The notes beneath the pieces are model-generated. The model was not told where the DNA came from and ran no database searches. It worked only from the letters and a program-made list of their open reading frames with translations. A stretch of 64,000 bases of DNA, taken from assembly GCF_963921235.1 (NCBI RefSeq), contig NC_086097.1:61072001-61136000 (forward strand). Reading direction: 5' to 3'. A program made the position numbers and the translations under genes. Origin of the DNA: Mobula hypostoma. Taxonomy: Eukaryota. Positions 51,206-62,572 of this stretch are shown here, piece after piece; position 1 is the first letter of the stretch, and each line of letters begins with the position of its first letter.

Positions 51206-54200
51206 TTATTCGTCATATTCTATAAAAAAAACCCCTGTACCCCTTAAAAACGCTAAAAATACCCGGACTTGTGCTCTCTCACCCATGCCCAGCAACCCTT
51301 TTAATGTGAATTCCTGCATCCCCAACTCCCCTAATTTATTTCTCATCATCTCTCTCTGTATCCCATACTTCCTGCAACTCAGAACTACATGTTCTACTGA
51401 CTCCTCTTCCTGACATTCCTCACACAATCCTGTGTGGTGTTTCCCTATCATTTTCAATGTTTTGTTTAATGCACAGTGCCCCAGCCTTAACCTAGTCCAC
51501 ACCGTTTCCTCTCTTCTGTTTCCATTACCTACCCTAGTAACTGCAATACTCTTTTGTATTTGATATAAATGCCTCCCTTTCCCCTCCCTGTCCCATCTTT
51601 CTTGCCACATTCGGTTGACTTTTTCCCAGATTACACACTTAACCTCTGCTTTACTGATACTAATGTGCATTTCCACATTTTCTTTCTTTAACGCCCTCTT
51701 TGCCAACTCATCCACCCTCTCATTCCCCTTCACCCCTACATGTGCTGGAACCCATAGAAATTTTACCTGACCTCCCTGATTTGCAATTCTTGTAACTAAC
51801 TGAAGGACTTCATAAAGTACATCTTGCCGACTGTTTGTGTGAAAAGACCTTAAACTTGCTAGAACTGAGGATGAATCTGAACATATCAATGCTTTGGATG
51901 GTCTGGCTTTCTGCACCCATTGCAACGCAACCAACACTGCCAGCATCTCCACTGTAAACACCCCTAACTTATTAGATGTTCTTCTGCTGAATCCAATTTC
52001 TTTTGCTGGTATTACCACCCCAAACCCTGTCACTCCTGTTTCAGGTTCCTTCGCACCATCTGTATAAATGTGAGTATAATCACTATACTTTTCCATCACA
52101 TGACAGTTAAATGCATTTACCAAATCTGTTTTATATCTTTCTTTCCTTTTTACCTCTAACAAATGCCATTCTATGTCAGGCCATACAAGCTTCCATGGAG
52201 CTACAACCGGATAAACTACTGAAGGACTTATCCTCAGATCAAACACTCCACATTCTTTCGCGATATCATTCCCTACCCGACTAAAGGTATCCCTCTGAAA
52301 CCTCCCATTTTCCCAGCACTCCTGCAACACTCCTTTAGTAGGGTGAGAATCATTGTGCCCCTGCAAGTTAGCCCAGTAGTTTGCCATCAGTTGCATCCTT
52401 CTTAGTTCCAAAGGCATTATTCCCATTTCTACCTGTACGGCTGACACTGGTGACGTTTTAAAAGCCCCACTGCACACTCTCAAGGCCTGAGCCTGAATCA
52501 CATCCAGTTTCCTTATAAGAGACCTAGCTGCTGATCCATATACTATATTTCCATAATCCAATACAGATCTTACTAAAGCCACATATATTCTCTTCAAAGC
52601 TGAACAACTTGCTCCCCATTCCCTACCAGTCAAACATCTCATCACATTTATTACTTTTTTACATTTCTCCTCAACTTTCCTGATATGGTCTGCCCATGTT
52701 AATCGTGAATCAAATATAACTCCCAGAAATTTAAATGATGCAACACTTTCTAATTCAACCCCATACATCCTTAACTTCTTCCCTACCTCAACCCTTTTCC
52801 TGGTAAAAAATACAGTTTGAGTTTTATCTACTGAAAATCTACATCCCCAATCATAACCCCACTCCATCACTTCATCAATTGCTTCTTGTAGTTTCCTGAT
52901 TATATAGTCCATGTTCCTGCCTCTTTTCCACAAGGCCCCATCATCCGCAAACAGTGACCTACCTATATCCACTGGTACCTTTGTGAAGACATCATTGATC
53001 ATAATCATGAAAAGTAATGGGCTAATCACACTACCTTGAGGTGTGCCATTTTCCACTATGTACTGTTTTGATAATTCTGATCCAATCCGAACTTGAATTT
53101 TTCTACCAAACAAAAAATCTTTAATCCAATTAAAAACTCTCCCACCAACCCCCATCTTGTGCAGTTTAATTAATAATCCTTCCTTCCACATCATATCATA
53201 GGCTTTTTCAATGTCAAAGAACACTGCCACTACTGACTCTCTATTTGCCTGGGCCTTCCTTATTTCAGTCTCTAACATAATCACTGAGTCCATGGAATTC
53301 CTTCCCTTTCTAAAACCACTCTGATAACTTGCCAGCATTCCCCTTTTCTCAAGCTCATATGATAACCTTTCTGTTATCATCCTTTCCATTATCTTACATA
53401 TACTTGATGTTAATGCAATTGGTCTGTAGCTAGTGGGTTTTGACAGATCCTTGCCAGGCTTCCTCATTGGAATTACTACTGCTTCTTTCCATGCACTTGG
53501 TAATCTTCCCTCCTCCCACACTCTGTTATAAAAATGCAGCAACTTCAAGAGCGCTCCTTCTCCTAGATTTTTTAGCATCACAGAGCATATCAGATCTTTC
53601 CCTGGGGAAGTTGGTCTCGATCTCTTTATTGCTCTCACCATTTCTGCTAATGTAAATGGATCATCAATTATATCATCTGTTCCTTCCCTCCTGCTTAACA
53701 CACCTGGGTGTTGGCTCATTATTCTTTCCCTCCTTCTTCTCCCTTCTTCAGACAAATTTTCTGAACTGTGTATCAGTACAAATGACTTGGCCGTGACCTC
53801 AGCCTTATCCCTACTGGAGACTGCAGTTTCCTCCTCAGATATCATTACTGGATATTCCCATTCCCTTCTATCTCCTCCCATCCTCTTAATCATTCCCCAT
53901 ATCTCTCCCACAGGTGTTGTTCTTCCTACCTTGTCGCAAAAACTCCTCCAACTTGCCCTTTTAGCTTGACGTATAGTTCTTCTCACCGCTGCCTGTGCTT
54001 TCTTATATTGAACCAAATGCTGCATATTATGGGTTCTTTTAACTAGCCTGAATGCTCTATTTCTGTTTTTTACAGCCTGACAACATTCCTCTGTCCACCA
54101 TGGTACCAGTTTTCTATTCATCCTATTTTTACTCCTAGGTATAGACCCTTCTGCTGCCATGATAATTGCTGAAGTCACCTGACTGTTTAACTCATCTACA

Positions 54201-54988
54201 TTTCCAGAAATATCAATCTTTGTCAACCCTTCTTCACTCAACTTCTGGAACTTAGCCCAATCAGCTTTTTCAAACACCCACTTTGGGGTTCCGCCACCTG
54301 GTCTTACTTCAACTCTTTCACCCACTGAACACAAAACTGGGTAGTGATCACTGCCTACTGTTGAAGCAGTCCAAACTCCCCAGTTACTAATGCCAGCCAA
54401 GGTATTAGACACTAACGTAATATCTAACACTGACTCAGTTCCTGTTGTTATATCTATCCTTGTGCCGCTACCATCATTCATACACACCAAATCCCTTTCT
54501 TCCATCAAATCTTCAATTACCTTTCCATTTGGATCTGTAACCTGATCCCCCCATATTGTGCTATGAGCATTGAAATCTGCACACCACACTACTTTATGTC
54601 TGTTTTGTCCTTGTATCTTTAATAGGCTGTCCAAATCCAATCTTTTACATGGATTGTTGTAGTTAATTATAACCACTCCCTCCCCTCTCTCCCACACTTC
54701 CACCACTATGTATTCCTGATCATCTCCTTTCTCCAGTACTCTATATGGTATACCTTGCTTGATTAACATAGCACAACCCCCTCCTCCCCCTAGATTTCTA
54801 TCTTTCCTTATCATTGTATACCCATATACCACAAAGTCTAAAGTTGGTTTCAACCAAGTTTCCTGAATACACACTACATCCGGTTTTACAACCATTTCTT
54901 TAATAAAGTGCTTGAATTCCTGGCTATTGGCCAGTAAGCTCCTTGCATTCCATTGTAAAAAATCACCACAATTAGTATTAACCAACAC
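51206..54988 (-). CDS. Nimb ORF2: APE endonuclease, RT, RNase H and C-terminal cysteine motif (about 1260 aa; start codon uncertain)
   Basis: APE motifs QWNARSL, IQETWL, ADFNAH, GSDHYP. RT motifs YRPIALTS, FFDIEKAYD, GTPQGSVISP, LFADD. RNase H motifs IYTDGAK, ICSDS, WVPAHVGVKGNERVDELAK. C-terminal CEEC...HVVLSC. Confidence 0.93.
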   Translation of the reverse strand: MLVNTNCGDFLQWNARSLLANSQEFKHFIKEMVVKPDVVCIQETWLKPTLDFVVYGYTMIRKDRNLGGGGGCAMLIKQGIPYRVLEKGDDQEYIVVEVWERGEGVVIINYNNPCKRLDLDSLLKIQGQNRHKVVWCADFNAHSTIWGDQVTDPNGKVIEDLMEERDLVCMNDGSGTRIDITTGTESVLDITLVSNTLAGISNWGVWTASTVGSDHYPVLCSVGERVEVRPGGGTPKWVFEKADWAKFQKLSEEGLTKIDISGNVDELNSQVTSAIIMAAEGSIPRSKNRMNRKLVPWWTEECCQAVKNRNRAFRLVKRTHNMQHLVQYKKAQAAVRRTIRQAKRASWRSFCDKVGRTTPVGEIWGMIKRMGGDRREWEYPVMISEEETAVSSRDKAEVTAKSFVLIHSSENLSEEGRRRRERIMSQHPGVLSRREGTDDIIDDPFTLAEMVRAIKRSRPTSPGKDLICSVMLKNLGEGALLKLLHFYNRVWEEGRLPSAWKEAVVIPMRKPGKDLSKPTSYRPIALTSSICKIMERMITERLSYELEKRGMLASYQSGFRKGRNSMDSVIMLETEIRKAQANRESVVAVFFDIEKAYDMMWKEGLLIKLHKMGVGGRVFNWIKDFLFGRKIQVRIGSELSKQYIVENGTPQGSVISPLLFMIMINDVFTKVPVDIGRSLFADDGALWKRGRNMDYIIRKLQEAIDEVMEWGYDWGCRFSVDKTQTVFFTRKRVEVGKKLRMYGVELESVASFKFLGVIFDSRLTWADHIRKVEEKCKKVINVMRCLTGREWGASCSALKRIYVALVRSVLDYGNIVYGSAARSLIRKLDVIQAQALRVCSGAFKTSPVSAVQVEMGIMPLELRRMQLMANYWANLQGHNDSHPTKGVLQECWENGRFQRDTFSRVGNDIAKECGVFDLRISPSVVYPVVAPWKLVWPDIEWHLLEVKRKERYKTDLVNAFNCHVMEKYSDYTHIYTDGAKEPETGVTGFGVVIPAKEIGFSRRTSNKLGVFTVEMLAVLVALQWVQKARPSKALICSDSSSVLASLRSFHTNSRQDVLYEVLQLVTRIANQGGQVKFLWVPAHVGVKGNERVDELAKRALKKENVEMHISISKAEVKCVIWEKVNRMWQERWDREGKGRHLYQIQKSIAVTRVGNGNRREETVWTRLRLGHCALNKTLKMIGKHHTGLCEECQEEESVEHVVLSCRKYGIQREMMRNKLGELGMQEFTLKGLLGMGERAQVRVFLAFLRGTGVFFIEYDE

Positions 54989-55004
54989 ATGACACTTCCT
55001 GGCT

Positions 55005-56210
55005 TCACTGATTACTGAGGTTCTCCCTCACTTCCTCCCATGTCAGTCCTACTAACCCTAAATGGTTTACTGCTGCTTTTACCACCAGCTGAATTTTGTC
55101 ACTTTTTGACTTTACCTCGGCAGTACTATTAATCACTCCTGCAATGAATGTTACTAGAGCCTTTTTGTCTACATAAATCCTGTCATTTGTTCTTTGTTGC
55201 ATCTCTCGTATCCCTATTGCTCCCTGTTCATTAGGAGCATTATTCTGTTCTCTTGACATTCTTACAGCTTCTGCATAAGTGATCTTTCTTTTCACTCTTA
55301 TTTCTTGAATTTTAGTGTCCCGTCTCACAACCTCACACCCACTATATGCAACATTATGAGCTCCTCCACAATTGCAGCATTTTGGTTGAACTCCTGTTCC
55401 GCACTTTCCATATTCATGATCACCCCCACATCTAGCACATCTCCTCTGCCTTTTACAGTTTTTAGCCACGTGTCCAAACCTTTGACAATTATAGCACCTC
55501 AGTGGCTTTGGCACATACACCCTTACTGGGTAACTCATGAAACCCAGGAACACCTTCCTTGGCACTCTTTCTTCTTCAAATTCAATCAATACTGATTCAC
55601 TTTCCTTTTTCACTCCCTGCTTTGTTGTTTTCAGTCTTTGAACATTCATTACTTTCCCTCCTTTGATATTCCTCTTGATCTCCTCCATATTTATACTCAT
55701 TGGTATCCCCGTGATCACTCCTTTACAACCACTGTTTTGTGCTCCCACCCTCCCAGTGTATTCCACCTTGCATTTTCCTATCTCTTTTAGCTTGAGTGCT
55801 TTCTCAAGTTGTTCCTCACTCGCACATCTTACCAATAAGTTGCCATCATTAAGGACTTTTGCAAATACTATTTCCCCTATCTTATTTGTCAGAGTTGTTG
55901 TTAGCACAAACGGGTTAATTTTCTTCATATGTCCCTGAGCCTTCTCATTAAACCTAATTATGGCAACACCTCCTCTCTGAGCTTGTTCATCTTCCTCACT
56001 TTCAGAGTTTTCTCCACCATCATTTCTTATTCTTTTATTCCCTTTGTCTTGGTTTTTATTCATCCAACCCCTCACTACCTCCTCATTCCCTTTATTTCTC
56101 CCTTCACAATAATCCACCTCTCCCCAGCTGCCTACCTCTGGTCCCAAGTCTCTATCCCTCTCCTTCTCCACTTTCTTTCCCTCAACCCCGCCTCTTATCT
56201 TGTCCGCCAT
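55005..56210 (-). CDS. Nimb ORF1 gag-like nucleic-acid-binding protein
   Basis: First ATG at 56210 (MADKIRGG). Three zinc knuckles: CYNCQRFGHVAKNC, CARCGGDHEYGKC and CCNCGGAHNVAYSGC. Confidence 0.9.
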   Translation of the reverse strand: MADKIRGGVEGKKVEKERDRDLGPEVGSWGEVDYCEGRNKGNEEVVRGWMNKNQDKGNKRIRNDGGENSESEEDEQAQRGGVAIIRFNEKAQGHMKKINPFVLTTTLTNKIGEIVFAKVLNDGNLLVRCASEEQLEKALKLKEIGKCKVEYTGRVGAQNSGCKGVITGIPMSINMEEIKRNIKGGKVMNVQRLKTTKQGVKKESESVLIEFEEERVPRKVFLGFMSYPVRVYVPKPLRCYNCQRFGHVAKNCKRQRRCARCGGDHEYGKCGTGVQPKCCNCGGAHNVAYSGCEVVRRDTKIQEIRVKRKITYAEAVRMSREQNNAPNEQGAIGIREMQQRTNDRIYVDKKALVTFIAGVINSTAEVKSKSDKIQLVVKAAVNHLGLVGLTWEEVRENLSNQ

Positions 56211-58124
56211 TACCAGACCCACACGACCCCCTCCCAGCAATTTCCGTTCCTTCCCCACTCTCTTTCCCAGAAACAGGTTCCAAAACACACTCACGCATCA
56301 AGCAAAACACAGCCAGCTTCCAGCAGCAGCCCACACTCCCCTCGACCCCGCCGATTCTCTGCCCACTGAGCCCTCCTCTCCAGATGTTCTTTCTTAAGGT
56401 ATAATTATCCATGGAGTGGAGGCATTTAAAGGAACCATCCATTACCTAAGGTGATCCAGGGTCAGCTACAGACTGATGAGTAGAGTACCCTAACACTCAA
56501 GAGATGGGATAGTGCCTTTAAGAGATTCCAGGTTTAATGATAATTATACTTAGTCAGAACAACTGGAGAGGGAAGAAACCAACCTATTAAGGAGATGTTT
56601 TAGAAGCAATTTGATTTGGGATAGTTTAGTTTTGAAAATGCATTTATGCATTTAAAAATGATTGGAGCTGCTAAGTCTGAGCTCAAAACTCAGACCATCA
56701 ACACACTTTTGCACATTAACTCCGCATAATAGGTGTCCTTGTTAGCACTATCTCCCACTTGTTAGATCGTGGAAGCATCAATCAATAATATATTAAATCC
56801 ATGAGCTATGATGCCAACTTGTTACAGAAGAGAATTGCAGACAATTGCAGAGAGTTATCAGCAACTCTTTCTAATGAAATCGTACAAAATGACTGCTCCA
56901 TAAATTATATGTGGACTGACAGAATGTGGAGTAGAACTTCAGTTCTTGCAATAATTCTTCAGCCCTTTTCACCTGTCTTTTCACAACATGTTACTTCTGA
57001 CTTCATTTCCAATACTATTATGTTTCCTTTTGCAAGGTGCCTAATTATGGTTTCTAAACTAATTCATTTCAATACCTGTTTGCCTTTGATGCGTAAGTGC
57101 TGTTAGATGCGTCATTTGCATGTGGTATGGTAGCATATCATACTCCCAGACAGACTAATTGCTTTCTGAGACTCCATTCCCAATCTGAGTAAAAAAAAAT
57201 ACAAATTGACACAGATTTTGCAGTTAGAAGGAAAAGTAATTGGAAGTTAATAGTTGACAACTTAAGAAGTAGGCAAGTCAAAACACAGACGTCACTGAAG
57301 ATGCAGGAATCTGAAATAAATGTTAAAGATTAGGCAGAATCTGGATTTATTGACATGAAATATTATCCCTATTTAGCAAAAATGCTGCACAAAATTGCTA
57401 CTTGATAATTCTGATAATTTTTCATTTTTACTTGGGAAATATGTTAATTTAGTCACTTCTACAGGAAACTGCAGTTATTATGCATCATAATAAATCCAGA
57501 TATTGGAATATGAATAATAAATAAGCCTCCTTTCCACGAATACATAATTGAATTGGTGGAAAACATATCATGAATTATTTGAAAATTTCAGTAGAAAAAC
57601 AGATGATTTATTAATATCAAACATATTGGCTCAGAATGTCCTCCCAGGACCTGAACTATGCATAAGGAGATCCCAGCATCAACTTGTGCTTCCAAGCTGA
57701 TAGTCTTCAGTAGTGAGGTGAGGGCCTGTATGGTGGGCTTGTCTTGCAGGCCATTGGACATCATGTGCAGTGGAGTTGGTGATGATGGAGCATGTCCTGC
57801 CAACAGAAATGAAGAAAAATCTGACTGGCCCAAGTTGTCAAATGTTCAAAATATCCAAAAACACATAAAAGCTGTGATTTAAATAAAAATTAAATTTAAA
57901 TTCATTAAACTCTTCATACAGAAGTTATCTTTAAATTCATTAAAGCAATAACAAAAATATGAACCAATTAAAAACTTACCTTATATTGCCTGCAAATTGG
58001 GCTGTGCCTTGAAGTGAATGAGCACCTTATTCCTGTGTTTGCTGTAACTTGGCACAGGCTTGTGTGAGAGTGTTGGAAAATAGCAGCAACCTTCCCTTCA
58101 GTCTTGAGCTTGACTCTGAGCTGA

Positions 58125-58378
58125 CTCCACAACCCTTTGACTCACTTTCAATAACCCTACAACTCTGTATTACTTATTTACTTTTTTATTATTTGCATGA
58201 TTTGTCTTCTTTTACACATTGGTTGTTTGTCAGTCTTTGTTATTTATAGTTTTCATAAATTCTATTGCATTTCTTTATTTTCCTGTAAATGCCTGCAAGA
58301 AAATGAAGCTCAAAGTAGTATATGGTGACAAATGTTCATGTTCTATGATAATAAATTTACCCTGAACTTTGAACTTCA
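58125..58378 (+). mobile_element. Rex1/Babar 3' UTR fragment
   Basis: Ends ataataaatttaccctgaactttgaactt, the reverse complement of the tails of the minus-strand copies. Confidence 0.7.
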
Positions 58379-58602
58379 AAGAGTCCAACATCAGATACAA
58401 ACAGTTGCTGGAAGTTCTGGCTGTTAACTACTTGGGGAGAATTTAAGGTCTATGGATGACAGCTGGTATTCCCTCAAAATCCAGATTAATAACCAATTTC
58501 AGAACAACTAGACTTTTACACACATCACTGCCTGCTAAAAGTGTCCTAGATCCTAATAGCCAGTACATACAGCAGTAATCCTTTCCCAAGTGCTGTTATG
58601 GA

Positions 58603-59352
58603 TGTAACGCCCTGGTTAAGATTTTCACTGCTATGCTGTCGTAATTTTATTTTAGCAGTCTGTTCTGCTTTCAGCCTGTTTGGGTTTGAGCTGAGATAAG
58701 ACGAGGCTTTGTTGATTAACTTGGGAATGTGGTGTCTACCAATCAGTACGGTGTAATTGGGAGAGGGTTCTGGAGAACACTGGTGTAGGGAGGTTTATTT
58801 TTACGGGAGCTGGGAGAAGACAGGAGGAGGCTGTCTCTATAGCACAAGGTGCTTTGTGCAGGGGAATAGCTGCAAGAAGGAAGGACCAATTTGTTCAAGG
58901 TGAATTTCGACTGATGTTCAGAAGGTTGTGTGTGCTTTCACACGGACCAAGGGTTCAGTGCATGAGTGACAGACGAGTTCAAGGTGAGCTCCAACTTGAG
59001 TGCATATTTGACTGTTTAAGAATAATGGACCCTTTTTGCTTTTTTTTTCTTTCTTTTCTCTAATAACTGTTTGCTTAAATTAACATTCTTAAATATATTT
59101 CCTTATAATTGAATGCAGTGTATGATCTGCTATTTATTGCCGAAGGGCGATTGCAGGGGGCAGTAAATCACACAGCAATCATACAAACCGGGGTTTGGGT
59201 GGGCAAGACATTCAGAGCTCAGAGATTTGGCTGGACCAGAGATGTACACACCCTAGGTGTACGAAGCCTGAGAAGGGTGGGTTTCTCGTCGCGGAGTCCA
59301 GTGGCTATTATCGAGGGGTTAACGAAGAGACAACCAATAAAAGTGGGTTTCA
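58603..59352 (+). mobile_element. Probable solo LTR (750 bp)
   Basis: TGTAAC...GTTTCA termini, imperfect 4-bp flank repeat TGGA/TGAA, a CCAAT motif, and AATAAA at 59336-59341. Confidence 0.55.
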
Positions 59353-60109
59353 TGAACCTTGTACTTTCCATAATGATTTGTAAATACAAGCTTCATAGTT
59401 GTACACCAAAGGTATATGTCTTGTTAATTTCTTTACTCCTCACAAGAAAAGGTAATTTGTACAACTCAGAATTAAACTATTTGGCACATCGAAATCTGCA
59501 AACTCTTAAGAAGAATGACTTGAAGATGGTGATAATACATTATTTTCAGCTAGGCATTTTTCTTTCCTTTATAGATTTTATTTAACTGATGTTTGAAAGG
59601 TACTATTAAATCTCCCTTCTGATATGAACTGAATGTTTACAGTGTCAACAAAATTACAATAATCCAAAACAGTACAATATTATTTTATCTTAAGTCTTTG
59701 CATATACATTGATATTGATGCAATCACAAAAAAATTAACCATTTAACTACCAGCTAAACTAGGAAGACAAATTGTCAAAGAATGAAATTAAGTTTGGAGG
59801 ATAGATTTTCTCAGAAGTAGTAGTCCAACCTGAGTTATGTGTTGTGTCACATCTCGCTGGTCTACACTGATAATTATAATATTAGAGCTATAGAATTGTG
59901 CAGCATAGAAACTGGCCGACTAATCCACCATGGCCAATGGTTACCCTTCCATACTAATCCCATCTCTCAGCAAATAGCCCATAGGCTTCCATACCTTAAT
60001 GATACAAGTGATTATCTAGACACTACTTAATGTTGTCAGCAACACTGCTTCAACCACATTTTCAGGCACATCATCCTCTGAGTGAAGACTGACCCTTCAC
60101 ATGCCCTCT

Positions 60110-61160
60110 AAATCAGAATCAGTTTTATTGTCATTGACCTACGTCATGAAATTCTTTCGTGGCAGCAGTACAGGACAATGCATCAAAAATACTCTGCTAT
60201 AATAAGAAATAATAGATATAAATACATTGTGCAAAAAGAGAGTGAACTAGTGAGGAAGTTTTCATGGGTTTATGGACCATTCAGAAATCTAAAAGTGGAG
60301 GGGTTGAAGCTGCTCCTGAAATATTGAGCGCATGTCTTTAGGCTCCTGTACCTCCTCCCTGGGGCCAGGTGGTGGTGTAGAGCATCAGCACTGGATTTCA
60401 AGGCATATGGTCCTGAATTCAAACCCAGACGGGTCCCAAACTGGGCAGCAGCAGTATCTGTGTGGAAGAAAGGCCTGGTGACCTACTTCACTACCTTGCC
60501 ATGAAAACCCTATGGACCCTACGGTCCATGAGGACACGAAGAGTTGGGCTCGACTGAACAACTGAACAACAACAGCAAGCCTCCACCCTGATGATATTTA
60601 AGAGACGAGGTCATATCCTGAACAGTGAGGGTCTTTAATGATGGGATGCCATCATCATGAGCATTGCCTTTTGAAGATGTCCTCAAAGGTACGGTGGCAA
60701 GTTCCCGTGATGGAACTGGCTGAGTTTATAACCCTCTGCAGCTTCTTTTGCTCCTGTGTATTGGAGCCTTCCTCCGAGATGGTGATGCAATAGCACATCT
60801 TAGAAATATGCTGGAATCTTTGATGACATACCTCCTCAAACTCCTAATGAAATATAGCTGCCTTTTCATTGATTGTAGTAATGTTCAGCCCAGGATAGAT
60901 CCTCTGGGACAATGACACCAGGAACTTGAAGTTGTTCACCCTTCTCACTGCTGATCCCTCTAAAAGGACTGGTGTGTGCTTTCTGAACTTCCACTTCCTG
61001 AAATCCAGAATTAATTTCTAAGTTTTACTGACATTGAGAGCAAAGGTATTGTTGCAACACCACTCAACCAACCGATCTATTTTAGTCCTCCTCAGCACCA
61101 TCTGAGATTCTTCCAACAAAAGTTGTATCATATGAGAATTTATAGATGGAATTTGAGAAC
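60110..61160 (-). mobile_element. Decayed Rex1/Babar LINE, interrupted by a SINE
   Basis: Collinear with 1-900 and 34025-34860 (ggctcctgtacctcc, aggaacttgaagttg, ctgagattcttccaacaa). Confidence 0.8.
60362..60579 (+). mobile_element. tRNA-headed SINE with an RTE (Bov-A/Sauria-like) body and tail
   Basis: A-box-like tggtgtagagc and B-box-like gaattcaaacc. 3' end gtccatgaggacacgaagagttgggctcgactgaacaactgaacaacaac. About 11-bp TSD CCTCC(T/A)CCCTG (60351-60361, 60580-60590). Confidence 0.78.
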
Positions 61161-61169
61161 ATTTCTTCT

Positions 61170-61710
61170 CCCTTACTCTCTAGTTTTATCTACCTCCTGA
61201 TATAAGAAAGTTTCCTGCAGTTTACTCTGTCTATACCCATCATAATCTTATGTTCTTTAATTTCTTCCCCCCTCAACTACCTCTGTTCCATGGAGAATAG
61301 ACCTAGCTTTTCCAATTTCTCCTCTTAACCATTCTATCCCAGGCCACATCCTCTGCACATATTCAGTGCAAACACATCCCATCTATAACATGTTGACCAG
61401 AACTGCATGCAGTACCCCAGCTGAGATCTGGCCGAGGTTTTATAAAGTATGGAGCATAGCTTCCATCCTTCTGTGTTCAAATCCATTATTCACCTGTGAT
61501 GCCACTTGTTTACTTGTATAAGGCTGTACCTATATTCCAAAATCTCTCTGTTTCTCAATATTCCATTGCTTCTGCCCTAGCCTCATTATTAACTCCAAAA
61601 TCTTATTGCCTTGTATTGGATTTATCTGGATTAAACTCCATCTGACATTTTTCATCCCACTTCCCCCACACATCAATATCCTTCCTGCAGCCTAAAGATG
61701 CCTTCCACAT
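61170..61710 (-). mobile_element. Highly decayed CR1 fragment
   Basis: The reverse strand of gaccagaactgcatgcagtaccccagctg gives QLGYCMQFWS, a decayed LEYCVQFW motif. Confidence 0.6.
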
Positions 61711-62459
61711 CTACTGTATCTGTTAATGCTTAAACAACAAAGACAAAATTTTCTTTCATTTTAACAAATTTTCTTTCTCCATTCACATTCAATACTCAAC
61801 GGCTACCATTTTCTCACCCCCAGTCCCTTTCCCTTCCACCTGTTTTGAATATTATTTCCTTAACCTTTTTATACCATTATATTAATGCATCTGCTAGACC
61901 ATACAGACACTTTTTGTGTTTCCACAGTGTTCCTTCACATCTGGCTTTAGGCGGGGATTGAATGTAAATGTCACATGACAGCTCCAATCCCTGTAACAAT
62001 GTGGATACTATGTCCAATGCAATGGGGTTGCCAATGCTTTTGATATATTACTGAGAGAAGTACTTGGAGAGACTTTAATGCACACGTTGGTGAACGTTTT
62101 TGGAGTTCTTTAATGTTCACTTCCTCAAATCTCTAGCCACCAGGTGTGCTTTTGGTGTAATTCCTGTTGGTGGTACTTTCAGAATGCCCACCCATCTTGT
62201 AGATACTATCTTTTGGCCAATGTCTCTGACTTCCTCAAACACTCCATTATTTTTCCAACTACTGATTTCATCCTGTTTTGCAGATTCAGGTGACACCTTC
62301 TTAGTTACTAGAACATATTCATCTTGACAATTCTCAGATGGTCCAGCTTGATCTATACTTGGTTCAATATGAAGTCTGTCTACACGTGAAATGTTGTCTG
62401 ACCCTGCAGTACCTGTGACCATGCCTGGTTCTAGTCAGTTCAAGTTGTATCAATTTATG

Positions 62460-62572
62460 TTTCTCCTGAACAGTCCTGCCAAAGGGTGTCAGCCCGAAAC
62501 TTGGACTGTACATTTATCCATAGATGTTGCCTGGTCTGTTGAGTTCTTCCAGCATTTTGTTTGTGTTGCTTT
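62460..62572 (+). mobile_element. Penelope-type repeat remnant with a mutated hammerhead motif, nested in the Copia element
   Basis: acagtc-CTGCCAA-AGGG-tgtcag-CCC-GAAAC-ttg-gactgt at 62470-62509: stems retained, core mutated. Confidence 0.65.

Larger units (their letters stand above)
51001..56363 (-). mobile_element. Full-length Nimb/I-group LINE (5363 bp), near-intact
   Basis: 14-bp TSD with 1 mismatch, CACTGA(A/G)CCCTCCT (50987-51000, 56364-56377). (AGAC)n tail. 3' motif ggtggcggtaatgcacc...ggatgccaacc. Two long ORFs. Confidence 0.93.

Noticed and set aside
55929..56369. 146-aa plus-strand ORF
   Set aside because: Antisense to the purine-rich 5' part of Nimb ORF1, with low-complexity composition.
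56801..58100. 101-aa plus-strand ORF and nearby minus-strand splice-like sites (about 57650-57800 and 57980)
   Set aside because: The frames are ambiguous and no consistent exon pair or known domain emerged; not supportable without RNA-seq.
59109..59585. 158-aa plus-strand ORF
   Set aside because: Non-ATG start, crosses the probable LTR boundary into AT-rich flank, and has no domain.
60362..60430. tRNA gene
   Set aside because: Only degenerate A and B boxes, no complete cloverleaf; it is a SINE head. The same applies to about 11260-11343.
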